Shown here: one piece after another, positions 1 to 8,776 of the stretch | Numbering within the stretch: position 1 is the stretch's first letter | Layout of the letters: every line of letters starts with the position of its first letter | NCBI RefSeq assembly: GCF_000169335.1 | Contig: NZ_AAXW01000021.1 | Location: 35,175-67,174, forward strand | Reading direction: 5' to 3' | DNA from: Crocosphaera chwakensis CCY0110 | Lineage (GTDB): Bacteria > Cyanobacteriota > Cyanobacteriia > Cyanobacteriales > Microcystaceae | Length of the DNA: 32,000 nt | Made by a program: the position numbers and the translations under genes | Notes under the pieces: model-generated | Told to the model about the DNA's origin: nothing | What the model saw: the letters and a program-made list of their open reading frames with translations, nothing else | The model's database searches: none

Positions 1-547
1 TCATCACCGAACTATTAACCGAACCCCCTTGTAGTACATATTCAAACACTTGACCGGAACGACCACAAAAAAGAGAATTGGCCTCAACTCTTTGCAAACG
101 GTCGAGCATTTGCCAGGGTGGGGTTTCGGGGGTTAACTCATCGCTGGCACTAACGGTGCTACCATGAATTAACAAACAATCTAATTCCAAGAAACCAAAA
201 TGACAGTTGCGTAACCATTGTACCGTTTCACGAGATACAGAGTCCCAAAGAAGTTGTACGGTTTCCATTCCAAAGCGATCAATTAATTCTGTGGGTTCTG
301 CTGTTGAACCGACAGCGTGTAAAGCAAAGCATTGTTCCTCCCACCAACCGACACAGACTTGGGGTTGTAATTCTCCAGGTAAAGGGTTTTGAATTCGTCT
401 GATTACTTTTTCGCTATTGGGGTTGGCTGCTATGACATCCCCTAAAATATACAATGCTTCTACTGGAATGCGTTGGCGTTTGATATCTGCCAATATTGCT
501 GAGTAAGCTGCGATATTTCCTTCAATTCCACTTAAAATTGCCCACAT
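1..547 (-). CDS. Metallophosphoesterase-family paralogue, partial (3' end outside window), with degenerate metal-ligand motifs
   Basis: Not in the ORF track because there is no stop in the window. The reverse strand is open from ATG 547-545 down to position 1: MWAILSGIEGNIAAYSAILADIKRQRIPVEALYILGDV...LLIHGS...FCGRSG. It is collinear with ORF 582-1397 (VISDIHGNYAALDAVLLDI, LGDLVGYG, FAHGSP, FCGHTH), but DIHGN is replaced by GIEGN and GHTH by GRSG. Confidence 0.6.
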   Translation of the reverse strand, partial: MWAILSGIEGNIAAYSAILADIKRQRIPVEALYILGDVIAANPNSEKVIRRIQNPLPGELQPQVCVGWWEEQCFALHAVGSTAEPTELIDRFGMETVQLLWDSVSRETVQWLRNCHFGFLELDCLLIHGSTVSASDELTPETPPWQMLDRLQRVEANSLFCGRSGQVFEYVLQGGSVNSSVM

Positions 548-581
548 TGATTTTCTATTCTTTATATTTAAGTAATTTAAG

Positions 582-1397
582 TTACCTTTCGCAAACATGA
601 GTCGGATCGTCCGCTTTTTCGGCAAATTCTAAACCCCTAGCCAAACGCCAAGCAAAAATCGGTGGTAAACCAGCATCTAAAATGGCAGCACAGGTTATTT
701 TATAGTCATACTCCACTTCTCGTAAGTTTACCTCTTGTGTCTCCGTATCATAGATAACATAGGTAGCATTAGGACGACCATGACGGGGTTCCCCAACCGA
801 ACCAACATTGATAATACGTTTGAGAGGAGTATTAAAACTAACAGTAGGTTGTTCCTTTTTATTAGGTTGATGAACGCTTACCTGTAATTGTCCAGCATCT
901 AGGGTGCGAACGTAGGGAACATGGGTATGTCCACAAAATAATATCTCTGCATCACTGGAAAGGACTCTTTCTAAAGCAGTAAAAGCATCCATTTCCGGTA
1001 ACAAATATTCGTGGTTGCTATGAGGACTCCCATGTGCGAAACAGAGATTCCCTTCTTTATAAGTCTGGGGGAGTTGGGCTAAATATTCCCGAACTTCTGG
1101 ATTAACGTGCTTATTTGTCCATTCGTGGGCGATTACCCCTCTTTTTTCTGCTAACAGAGAAGGATAACTACATTCACAGGAGTTGAGTCCTTCCACAATA
1201 TCGTCATCCCAACAACCCTGTACAGTGGGAATGTCTAAAGAGCGAATTTGTGCGGTAACAGCATTGGGAAAAGGACCATAACCCACTAGATCCCCAAGAC
1301 AATAGATTTTTTCGGCTTTTTGTTGGTCGATATCCAGTAAAACTGCATCTAAAGCTGCATAATTACCATGAATATCGGATATTACTGCTATTTTCAT
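582..1397 (-). CDS. Metallophosphoesterase (calcineurin-like phosphoesterase superfamily)
   Basis: 271-aa ORF with canonical motifs: SDIHGN near the N-terminus, LGDLVGYG, FAHGSP and CGHTH. Its start overlaps the upstream ORF's stop by 4 nt (1394-1397), which suggests an operon. Confidence 0.85.
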   Translation of the reverse strand: MKIAVISDIHGNYAALDAVLLDIDQQKAEKIYCLGDLVGYGPFPNAVTAQIRSLDIPTVQGCWDDDIVEGLNSCECSYPSLLAEKRGVIAHEWTNKHVNPEVREYLAQLPQTYKEGNLCFAHGSPHSNHEYLLPEMDAFTALERVLSSDAEILFCGHTHVPYVRTLDAGQLQVSVHQPNKKEQPTVSFNTPLKRIINVGSVGEPRHGRPNATYVIYDTETQEVNLREVEYDYKITCAAILDAGLPPIFAWRLARGLEFAEKADDPTHVCER

Positions 1398-2161
1398 ACT
1401 GCCTCTACTTCTAATTCAGTTGCTAAAGCTTCTTTTACTTGTTGTTGATAATAATTAATAGCATCTTCGGGAACACAGCAATCTTGGACAGTCTGAACAA
1501 TTTCAGCTTTATCTAAATTACTACCCACTATTTCAAAACCACTAAAACGATCTGGTCTACCATCTAACCAACGGGGTAAATTTAAGGGTTTGAATTCTAA
1601 TTCTGCTTTCCCTGATGTAAAGTCACCATAATAAATTTGTCCGTCTGCTAAATCAAAGATTCCCTTGGCCCGAACTACCTCACCGTAAGCACCTTGGGTA
1701 AGTTCCAGCCAAAAAGTAGCTAAACTATCAAAATCTAGGATTTCTCCCGTCAAAACGCCCCGATGAATCTGTAAAGCTGTGGTTTGATTAGTGATGTTAG
1801 TTCCTGGAATAATTTCATCTGCCCAACTCTTTAATTCTGTACTGTCTGTATCATCTGGAATCATAGCGACTCGATGGGAATTAACAGTTTGCAGTAACGG
1901 TTCAATTCCTGCTAAATCTAAATACCAGGGAATTTCAACATAAGTGATGGTGTCAGTTAATGCTGCTTCTTCTCCTGTCTGATAAAACTTCAATTGAGGA
2001 TATTTACTTTGGAGATAAATTGCATCAATGGGGATAGAATCAGTTTCAGGGCTGAAATAGCCTACCGATGTATTGGTTTGGGGGATTTGTTGGTGAATCC
2101 ACTGGGTTTTGCCCGCACCTGGGGGACTAGCGACAGCAATAATCATAGAAGGATATTTCAA
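1394..2161 (-). CDS. P-loop NTPase with a CobW/COG0523-like C-terminal region; candidate metallochaperone
   Basis: Walker A motif SPPGAGKT near the N-terminus. The C-terminal part (VVRAKGIFDLADG...) resembles the CobW C-domain. No CxCC motif was seen. The track start at 2161 is TTG; ATG at 2146 (MIIAVASPPGAGKT) is the more likely start. A Fur-box-like palindrome abuts the 5' end. Confidence 0.55.
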   Translation of the reverse strand: MKYPSMIIAVASPPGAGKTQWIHQQIPQTNTSVGYFSPETDSIPIDAIYLQSKYPQLKFYQTGEEAALTDTITYVEIPWYLDLAGIEPLLQTVNSHRVAMIPDDTDSTELKSWADEIIPGTNITNQTTALQIHRGVLTGEILDFDSLATFWLELTQGAYGEVVRAKGIFDLADGQIYYGDFTSGKAELEFKPLNLPRWLDGRPDRFSGFEIVGSNLDKAEIVQTVQDCCVPEDAINYYQQQVKEALATELEVEAV

Positions 2162-2177
2162 TAATGATAATCATTAT
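2161..2177. promoter_or_regulatory. Fur-family (probably Zur) operator
   Basis: ATAATGAT-A-ATCATTAT is a perfect 8-1-8 palindrome. It matches the core of the classical Fur-box 19-mer GATAATGATAATCATTATC. It sits directly 5' of the NTPase/phosphoesterase operon. Confidence 0.6.
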
Positions 2178-2230
2178 AGCCAAAAATTTAAAGTCTGTTG
2201 CAAGGAAAATTTTGAGGATTTAAAGGATCT

Positions 2231-3247
<1,017 letters not shown>

Positions 3248-3253
3248 TCATCA

Positions 3254-3295
3254 AAATGATAATCACTATTATACAACGAGAATGATTATTATTAT
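3254..3295. promoter_or_regulatory. Two tandem Fur/Zur-box-like operators upstream of hemB
   Basis: AAAATGATAATCACTATT (3254-3271) and GAGAATGATTATTATTAT (3278-3295) lie in the hemB / PEP-CTERM intergenic region. The segment is near-identical to the znuA upstream region at 11465-11508. Confidence 0.6.
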
Positions 3296-3298
3296 TTA

Positions 3299-4123
3299 TT
3301 ATTTGACACGACGAGTTAAAGAAATTCCCCCTAAAATACCTAACCCAATCAATGAAAATAGACCACTTGGCTCAGGAACAGGAGCATAGTTAAACTGACT
3401 ATTGAAAGTCACAGATTCTCCTGCATTTAGGTTAAAATCCCATTGAAAAGCGAAGGCATTATCACTCGGAGGAATCGGAAAAGGAACATTCAGAGGGGGA
3501 TTATCGGGTAACGTTGTGGGACCATCAAGATCATTAAAAAACTTATTGTAAAGCGTCACAAAATCAGCAATTTCATAGTGAGATGGAGTGGGACTGACTT
3601 GGGTAAGAATTGATAGGGGTTTTGTCGCGCTATTCAGAATAATTGTCCCAAAATCTAATGCGATCGCCTGATCCTTTTGATTTGCCTGGTCAAACTTAAT
3701 ATCAAAATCACTGTAGTCAAAAAGGTGAAAATCTAGATTTTGCCCGGAAAGATTAGTTAAAGTAACAGATTTATCAATAAAAGAGCGGCTACTCCCTAAA
3801 TCTCCTCCCAATAACTCATAATTCACTACAGCTTGTAACTCCGTTCCTGTATAAGTCAATTCCAGTTGATTGCCTGTTGGTTGAGTCACCGTTGGGGTTC
3901 CCAATCCGTCAAAAAAGGGAGATTCGTTTCCTGTTGGTCCAATTCGATAGTAATAATTGGAAAGAAACACATTATCAGGACTTCCATCCACATACCAAAT
4001 AGTAATTCCGTTTCTATCATCCACCCTAATTTCACTGTTATTATCCGTCAAATCAAACGAAGCCGCTTGAGCGGAGACAAGGGGGAGTGTTAACAGCAAA
4101 AGCGATATTATGGGCGTTTTCAT
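3299..4123 (-). CDS. PEP-CTERM sorting-domain secreted protein
   Basis: N-terminal signal peptide (MKTPIISLLLLTLPLVSAQA). The C-terminus is VPEPSGLFSLIGLGILGGISLTRRVK, that is PEP motif, TM helix and basic tail. Confidence 0.8.
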   Translation of the reverse strand: MKTPIISLLLLTLPLVSAQAASFDLTDNNSEIRVDDRNGITIWYVDGSPDNVFLSNYYYRIGPTGNESPFFDGLGTPTVTQPTGNQLELTYTGTELQAVVNYELLGGDLGSSRSFIDKSVTLTNLSGQNLDFHLFDYSDFDIKFDQANQKDQAIALDFGTIILNSATKPLSILTQVSPTPSHYEIADFVTLYNKFFNDLDGPTTLPDNPPLNVPFPIPPSDNAFAFQWDFNLNAGESVTFNSQFNYAPVPEPSGLFSLIGLGILGGISLTRRVK

Positions 4124-4176
4124 CTGATTTTTACCTCTAATGACTTTAATAAGATTAAGTTGATAGACACAATTAA

Positions 4177-4220
4177 AATAATAATGATTATCATTTTAAT
4201 TGTGTGATAATCATTATTAT
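4177..4220. promoter_or_regulatory. Two Fur/Zur-box-like operators upstream of the PEP-CTERM gene
   Basis: AATGAT-T-ATCATT is a perfect palindrome (4183-4195). GTGATAATCATTAT lies at 4204-4217. Confidence 0.55.
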
Positions 4221-4240
4221 TTTTTTAGAAAGTCAAATTA

Positions 4241-4345
4241 CCTGACTATATAGACCTAGCGATATTTGAGATCCCCGCTGTTCATCACCCTGAGCCAAAT
4301 CCCCATCAATTAAGAACTTTTGTCCAACATCAGCATGATGAATGA
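4241..4345 (+). pseudogene. Decayed 5' fragment of a paralogue of the flavoprotein gene at 11524
   Basis: CCTGACTATATAGACCTAGCGAT matches 11533-11555 (CCTAATTATATAGACCTAGCAAT). GAGATCCCCGCTGTTCATCACCCTGAGCCAAATCCCCATCAATTAAGAACTTTTGTCCAACATCAGCATGATGAA matches 11706-11785. About 150 nt between the two matches is missing, and in-frame stops are present. Confidence 0.6.
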
Positions 4346-4363
4346 TTAGTTTTAATTGCTCAA

Positions 4364-6115
4364 TTAGAATGTAAACGTGGTACGAATTGTACCAATCACT
4401 AACGCTTCATTTCGATCATCAAAATCAGGCTCAGTAATAACAATAATGCCAGGGGTAATTACAATGTTGTCATTAATAGGATATTGATAAATGGCTTCAA
4501 TATGAAAAGAACTATCTTGATCCGTTCTTCTTACATCGTCAGGAAAATTAATATCGGCTTTAGAAACCCACGGCTCCATACCCACAATAATAGCTCCCGT
4601 ATCCCCTTCTTTAAACGCATCAGGAAAGGCTAAGGTTGCCGCCCAATTCCAAATATCTAACTTACCTCGTTGAATCACATCAAACTCGTCACCAGCATCA
4701 ATAGCATTTAGGGTTCTCGTGCTAGTAAAACCGCCCCAACCTCCTAATACAAACCGATCAAAAATACGCCAAGTAAATTCCACCCCGTAGGAGTTATTAA
4801 CCGTATTTACAGACTCTTCAAATTCTTCTTCGACAAAGGTTTGAAAATTGGAGCGAAGAGTCCCTGTTCCCGAATCTAAATTATTGTAACCATGAACATA
4901 GGTAAACGCGACTTTTAATCGGTCACTGGGCTCATAGGCAAATTGTCCTATTAACCCATAAGGACCATTAAACATCCCTGCACCCAAAGAGGGGTCATTA
5001 CCATCAGTTGCTAAATAACCCCCACTCCACTCAAACACCTCAAACAAACGACCCTGAAAGCCAATTCCTGGACCTTCACCCATATAATAAAGAGGATTAC
5101 GACTACCAAAGGCAGAAATCGCCCCAAAAGCTCCGTCACCGTCCAAAAAGTTGACTGTTGGTACAAAGTCATCAAACGCACCCCCAACCGGTTCAACAAA
5201 CATCCTGATATTTTCAGCCAGGTCAAACTCGTAAATAATCAGTTCTACGGCGAGATCACTGTCGTCAGGTTGCGAAAAGCCTAATTCTCCTTCAAACGTC
5301 CCTGTGATGTCAGAATAGGCGGGTACAGTGCCTGTTGCGAGACGGGTATAGAGCAAATCATTACCATCAAAGGTGGTATTTAATTCCAGTCGTCCCCTGT
5401 AACCGAAGTTAGTAATTTTGTTAATTTCTTCAGTTCCTCCGTTTCTTTCTCCACTGGTAATACCCGTTAAACCGACCACAAACTCTCCAGTTAACTTAGT
5501 CGTGGTTGAAAATTGATGATCTTCAAGATAAGCGACCCGTTCCTCTAAATTGCTCAACCTTGCGCCCAAAGCGATCAATTCTTGTTCAAATTCCTGTGCC
5601 AACCGTTTCAATTTTTCGATGTCTTCCCGTAAAACGGCAACATTTTCCTGGATTAATCGTTCCATGGTATTGAGACAGGCATTTAAGCCGGCAGCGAATT
5701 CGTAACGGGATAACGCCCTATTGCCTCGGAAGGTACGGTCAGGATATCCCACAATACAGCCATAGCGTTCTACAAGACTGCGTAAAGCTTCATAAGCCCA
5801 GTCAGTGGGTGATATGTCTTGTAACTCAGACACACTGGTTACTTGACTCATGGAGCGTTGCTGACGACTACCAGGGTTCAAAAAGCCATCCCGAGATTGT
5901 CTTAGATGAAAATCTCGATCAATTTTCGGTAACTGAGGCAAGGGGGATGTTTCTTCTTTTTCTAAAGACACTGTACCCTGACGACGCAAAAAGTCACCAC
6001 GAGACTCTTTTAAAGACAAGTCTTGAGTAGGTAAAGCTTGACTGGGAGACGTAGAAAACAGAATCATTCCTAAAACTAGGATTACATTATTAAAGAAAAA
6101 ACAGCGATTAATCAT
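4364..6115 (-). CDS. Outer-membrane porin with SLH domain, coiled coil and OprB-like beta-barrel
   Basis: Signal peptide, then an SLH motif (DISPTDWAYEALRSLVERYGCIVGYPDRTFRGNRALSRYEFAAGLNACL), then a coiled-coil segment. A long Gly/aromatic-rich beta-barrel region ends in ...TIRTTFTF, with the terminal Phe typical of OMPs. Confidence 0.85.
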   Translation of the reverse strand: MINRCFFFNNVILVLGMILFSTSPSQALPTQDLSLKESRGDFLRRQGTVSLEKEETSPLPQLPKIDRDFHLRQSRDGFLNPGSRQQRSMSQVTSVSELQDISPTDWAYEALRSLVERYGCIVGYPDRTFRGNRALSRYEFAAGLNACLNTMERLIQENVAVLREDIEKLKRLAQEFEQELIALGARLSNLEERVAYLEDHQFSTTTKLTGEFVVGLTGITSGERNGGTEEINKITNFGYRGRLELNTTFDGNDLLYTRLATGTVPAYSDITGTFEGELGFSQPDDSDLAVELIIYEFDLAENIRMFVEPVGGAFDDFVPTVNFLDGDGAFGAISAFGSRNPLYYMGEGPGIGFQGRLFEVFEWSGGYLATDGNDPSLGAGMFNGPYGLIGQFAYEPSDRLKVAFTYVHGYNNLDSGTGTLRSNFQTFVEEEFEESVNTVNNSYGVEFTWRIFDRFVLGGWGGFTSTRTLNAIDAGDEFDVIQRGKLDIWNWAATLAFPDAFKEGDTGAIIVGMEPWVSKADINFPDDVRRTDQDSSFHIEAIYQYPINDNIVITPGIIVITEPDFDDRNEALVIGTIRTTFTF

Positions 6116-6135
6116 TCAATTCCTCACACTGACTC

Positions 6136-6157
6136 AAAAATGATAATGATTCTCATT
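6136..6157. promoter_or_regulatory. Fur/Zur-box-like operator upstream of the porin gene
   Basis: AAAAATGATAATGATTCTCATT lies 21 nt upstream of the porin start. It overlaps the stop codon of the zur-like gene. Confidence 0.5.
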
Positions 6158-6500
6158 GTACTTGATTGTCTTGACATTGAGGGCATCGCCCAAAAAATTC
6201 TAAAGTATGATAGTAGACTTGGAAGTGATAAGTCTGCTCTAATCGTTCTTCTAAGTCATGGACAGGACACTCATTAATCACGAAAGATTGACCACAACTA
6301 ACACAATTTATGTGGTGATGATCGTGAGAAATTAAACTGTAAAGTGCTTCCCCACTGGTTAAAATTCGTGCTTTCACAGTTCCTTGAGTTTTTAAAGCTT
6401 CCAAGGCACGGTAAACTGTTGCTAGTCCTAAAGGCTGATCTCGATCTTTGAGTTCTGCATATAAGTTCTGGGCGGAAATAGCATAATTTAACGACTTGAG
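6153..6500 (-). pseudogene. zur: Fur-family (Zur-like) repressor, 3' portion, separated from its 5' end by an IS element
   Basis: The frame reads ...LKSLNYAISAQNLYAELKDRDQPLGLATVYRALEALKTQGTVKARILTSGEALYSLISHDHHHINCVSCGQSF...CPQCQ. This gives a winged-helix part plus HxHH and CxxC metal motifs. The frame stays open upstream of the track Met (6404) to about 6518, but no start codon or N-terminus lies there. The junction position is uncertain by about 15 nt. Confidence 0.75.
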
Positions 6501-6522
6501 TACCTGAACTTCAGTGCGTCAG

Positions 6523-6551
6523 TCCCTAGTCTCAGCGTAGCGGACTAGGGA
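6523..6551 (+). repeat. Subterminal hairpin of the IS (tnpA-proximal end)
   Basis: TCCCTAGTC-N11-GACTAGGGA is a perfect 9-bp stem. Confidence 0.6.
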
Positions 6552-6598
6552 AGGAAAGCACGACAATTTGAGGACTCAATGTCCGAAAAATTGTCAAA

Positions 6599-7009
6599 TT
6601 AACTTTTCGGAGCATCTTGGTTCTTGATATATTCTTTTAACTTTTCAATAGGTGCGCCACCAGAAGAAGTGACATAATAAGACTTAGACCAAAAAGAAAC
6701 TTTGTCTTTATAAAACTTAGTTACTTGTTCAGGAAAGTCTTTTTTCATGACTCTAGCTGTCGAACTTTTAAGACACCCTGCAACTGTAGAAATAGAGTTT
6801 TTAGGATGGAAATCTAATAAGATATGGACATGATCCATTTCACCCGAAAACTCTAGTAACTCACAATCCATTTTGCGAGATACTTGCCAAATCATTTCTC
6901 TTAATCGCTCTAGCATTAGGGCGGTTATTACTTTGCGTCTATAGTGAGTAACAAAAACAAAGTGTAACCGCACACTAAAAACACTATGTGACCCTTTTCT
7001 TGGTTTCAT
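6599..7009 (-). CDS. tnpA: IS200/IS605-family Y1 (HUH) transposase TnpA
   Basis: 136 aa. The HUH motif is in MDHVHILLDF, and the catalytic-Tyr region is SKSYYVTSSGGAP. Size and sequence are typical of the family. Confidence 0.9.
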   Translation of the reverse strand: MKPRKGSHSVFSVRLHFVFVTHYRRKVITALMLERLREMIWQVSRKMDCELLEFSGEMDHVHILLDFHPKNSISTVAGCLKSSTARVMKKDFPEQVTKFYKDKVSFWSKSYYVTSSGGAPIEKLKEYIKNQDAPKS

Positions 7010-7070
7010 CTTGACACCCTACAGGTAATTAGACTAAAATCATCATATCAGTTCTGTTGAGGTCGGCAAC

Positions 7071-8334
7071 ATGGCTACTAAAAGAATCACGTTTAGACTT
7101 TACCCAAATAAAGAACAAAATGAGAAACTTCATTATTGGAGACGTTTACACAAAGATTTATACAATGCTTGTGTAGTTAATCGAAAAACTCAATACAAAA
7201 AGTTTGGTAAATCCATTAATTACTTTGACCAACAAAACTCATTACCTGAGTTTAAAAAAGATTGGCCAGAATACAAAGACCTTGGTAGCCATGCCCTTCA
7301 AGCAACTGTAAAACGGGTTGATTTTGCTTTCCAACGTTTTTTCAAGATTAAATCAGGTTATCCGAAACTAAAGTCTTCAAGAAGATATAAAGGGTGGACT
7401 TATCCTGATAAAGCTGGTTGGGAAAATAGACAGTAATGGACATCATGGAAAGTTGACACTTTCTAATTTTGGAACAATAAAGATGAGGGGTAAAGCAAGA
7501 GATTGGGGAACACCAAATACTTGCACTATCATCTTTAAACAAGGAAAATGGTACGCTTCTGTTACTGTTAGTTGTGATCCAAAACGAGAAACAGGTAAAG
7601 AGGCTTGTGGTATCGATTTTGGGACTCATCATGCACTTGCTTTTGACGATGGCACTGTTATTGATAATCCTAGATTTCTCAAACAATCACAGGATAAAAT
7701 CAACAAAACAGCAAAGAAATCTAGAAAGAAACGTGCAGGAAAAAAGGGAGTAAAAGGGTCTAGAAGATGGAAAAAAGCTGTTAGAAAAATCGGTAAGATT
7801 CAATCTTTAGTTGGTCGTCAAAGACAAAACTGGCATCATCAAGTTTCCACACAAATAGTTAGCTGTAATAGCTTGGTGGCAACTGAGAAATTAAACCTAA
7901 AAGGAATGACCAAAAAAGCTAAAAGAGGTAGCAAAAGAAAACGTCAAAAGACTGGATTAAATCGGTCAATTCTTGACGTTGGAATTGGTAACTTAAAATC
8001 ATTAATAAAAAGCAAAGTTACCGAAGCAGGTGGGTTTTACATTGAGGTTCCTACTCGAAAAGTTAAGCCATCTCAGACTTGTCCTAATTGTGGTCATCAA
8101 AAGAAAAAGACATTAGCAGAACGCCAGCACAACTGCGAAAAGTGCCTTTATAGTTGCGACAGAGATGTTGCATCAGCCCAGGTGTGTTTAAACTGGGCAA
8201 GGGGGCAGGAACTGTCCTCTTTAGACGTAGAGTCGCCTAGCTCTACTTTATGCGGAAGCATGAGGCAACTAGGGGCGAAAAAGCACAACAATGCAAAGAA
8301 GCGTCAGAAACATCTAGCTCAACAAAGTGGCTAG
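7071..8334 (+). pseudogene. tnpB: TnpB (RuvC-like RNA-guided nuclease family), interrupted by a 1-nt frameshift near 7419-7425
   Basis: ORFs 7071-7436 and 7453-8334 are collinear halves of one gene. Switching frame at TGGGAAAATA gives ...YPDKAGW/KIDSNGHHGKLTLSNFGTIKMRGKA.... RuvC residues are in GIDFGTHH, VATEKLNLKGM and CDRDVASA. The Zn finger is CPNCG...CEKC. Confidence 0.8.
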
Positions 8335-8337
8335 ATG
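8150..8337 (+). ncRNA. Possible TnpB-associated omega/right-end RNA region
   Basis: Assigned by analogy only. In IS200/IS605 elements the guide-RNA scaffold overlaps the tnpB 3' end and runs to the right end. Hairpins are visible here, for example 8311-8337. The 5' boundary is not determined. Confidence 0.3.
8311..8337 (+). repeat. Subterminal hairpin of the IS (tnpB-proximal end)
   Basis: CATCTAGC-N11-GCTAGATG is a perfect 8-bp stem. It ends where the zur reading frame resumes. Confidence 0.6.
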
Positions 8338-8382
8338 TAGTTCATTAATTTGCGCTTGAGAACGAGTATATTTAGCTTTCAT
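8338..8382 (-). pseudogene. zur: Fur-family (Zur-like) repressor, 5' portion (first ~15 codons)
   Basis: The reverse strand from ATG 8382-8380 reads MKAKYTRSQAQINEL and then runs into the IS end. TRSQ..I..L is a typical Fur/Zur N-terminus. A Fur-box-like site lies about 100 nt upstream. Confidence 0.65.
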
Positions 8383-8484
8383 GATATTTTTACTTTCTAA
8401 GCAACGTGAGTTAGAAACTTTGGTAGTAACTAAAGGAACAATAGCTAGTAACTTGAGGCTAATTTTATTTATTAGGATTCTGTA

Positions 8485-8506
8485 GAATAATAATCATTAT
8501 CATTAT
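8485..8506. promoter_or_regulatory. Fur/Zur-box-like operator upstream of zur (autoregulation site)
   Basis: GAATAATAATCATTATCATTAT lies between the zur start (8382) and znuB. Confidence 0.5.
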
Positions 8507-8512
8507 ATCCCG

Positions 8513-8535
8513 TTTGGGTTTGGGGTTTGGGGTTT
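8513..8535 (+). repeat. Short heptamer tandem repeat (TTTGGGG-like, about 3 units)
   Basis: TTTGGGTTTGGGGTTTGGGGTTT. It resembles cyanobacterial STRR-type heptamer repeats. Confidence 0.5.
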
Positions 8536-8776
8536 GAGTAGTAAGTATGCTCTTCTACACTGTTAAAATATTTGCGGTCTCGCTGTTCGAGTGCAGAGCA
8601 ACGCTGTCCCCGCTAAACCTATCTGAAATGACAAGCCTCAAACCCTTATAAATTTAGGTAGTGTATCATAAGTAGTGAAAATTTAATTTTTGCCTAAGTT
8701 TCTATTAAAATAAGGGGAAGGAGTGCAGGCTATCCGTCTATATGGTAGGGTTATTCAAGAGCAATAATAGAATCAT

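Larger units (their letters stand above)
6501..8337 (+). mobile_element. IS200/IS605-family insertion sequence (divergent tnpA / tnpB) inserted in zur
   Basis: Contains a Y1 transposase gene, a TnpB gene and subterminal hairpins at both ends (6523-6551 and 8311-8337). It is flanked on both sides by halves of one Fur-family ORF. No terminal inverted repeats or target duplication were seen, as expected for this family. The ends are approximate. Confidence 0.8.

Noticed and set aside
207-392. 61-aa + strand ORF
   Set aside because: It lies fully antisense to the uninterrupted minus-strand metallophosphoesterase paralogue (1-547) and has no RBS or motif.
8513-8535. Telomere-like TTTGGGG repeat as a G-quadruplex or functional element
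   Set aside because: There are only three G-runs, and four are needed for an intramolecular G4. It resembles common cyanobacterial heptamer STRR repeats and is probably neutral.
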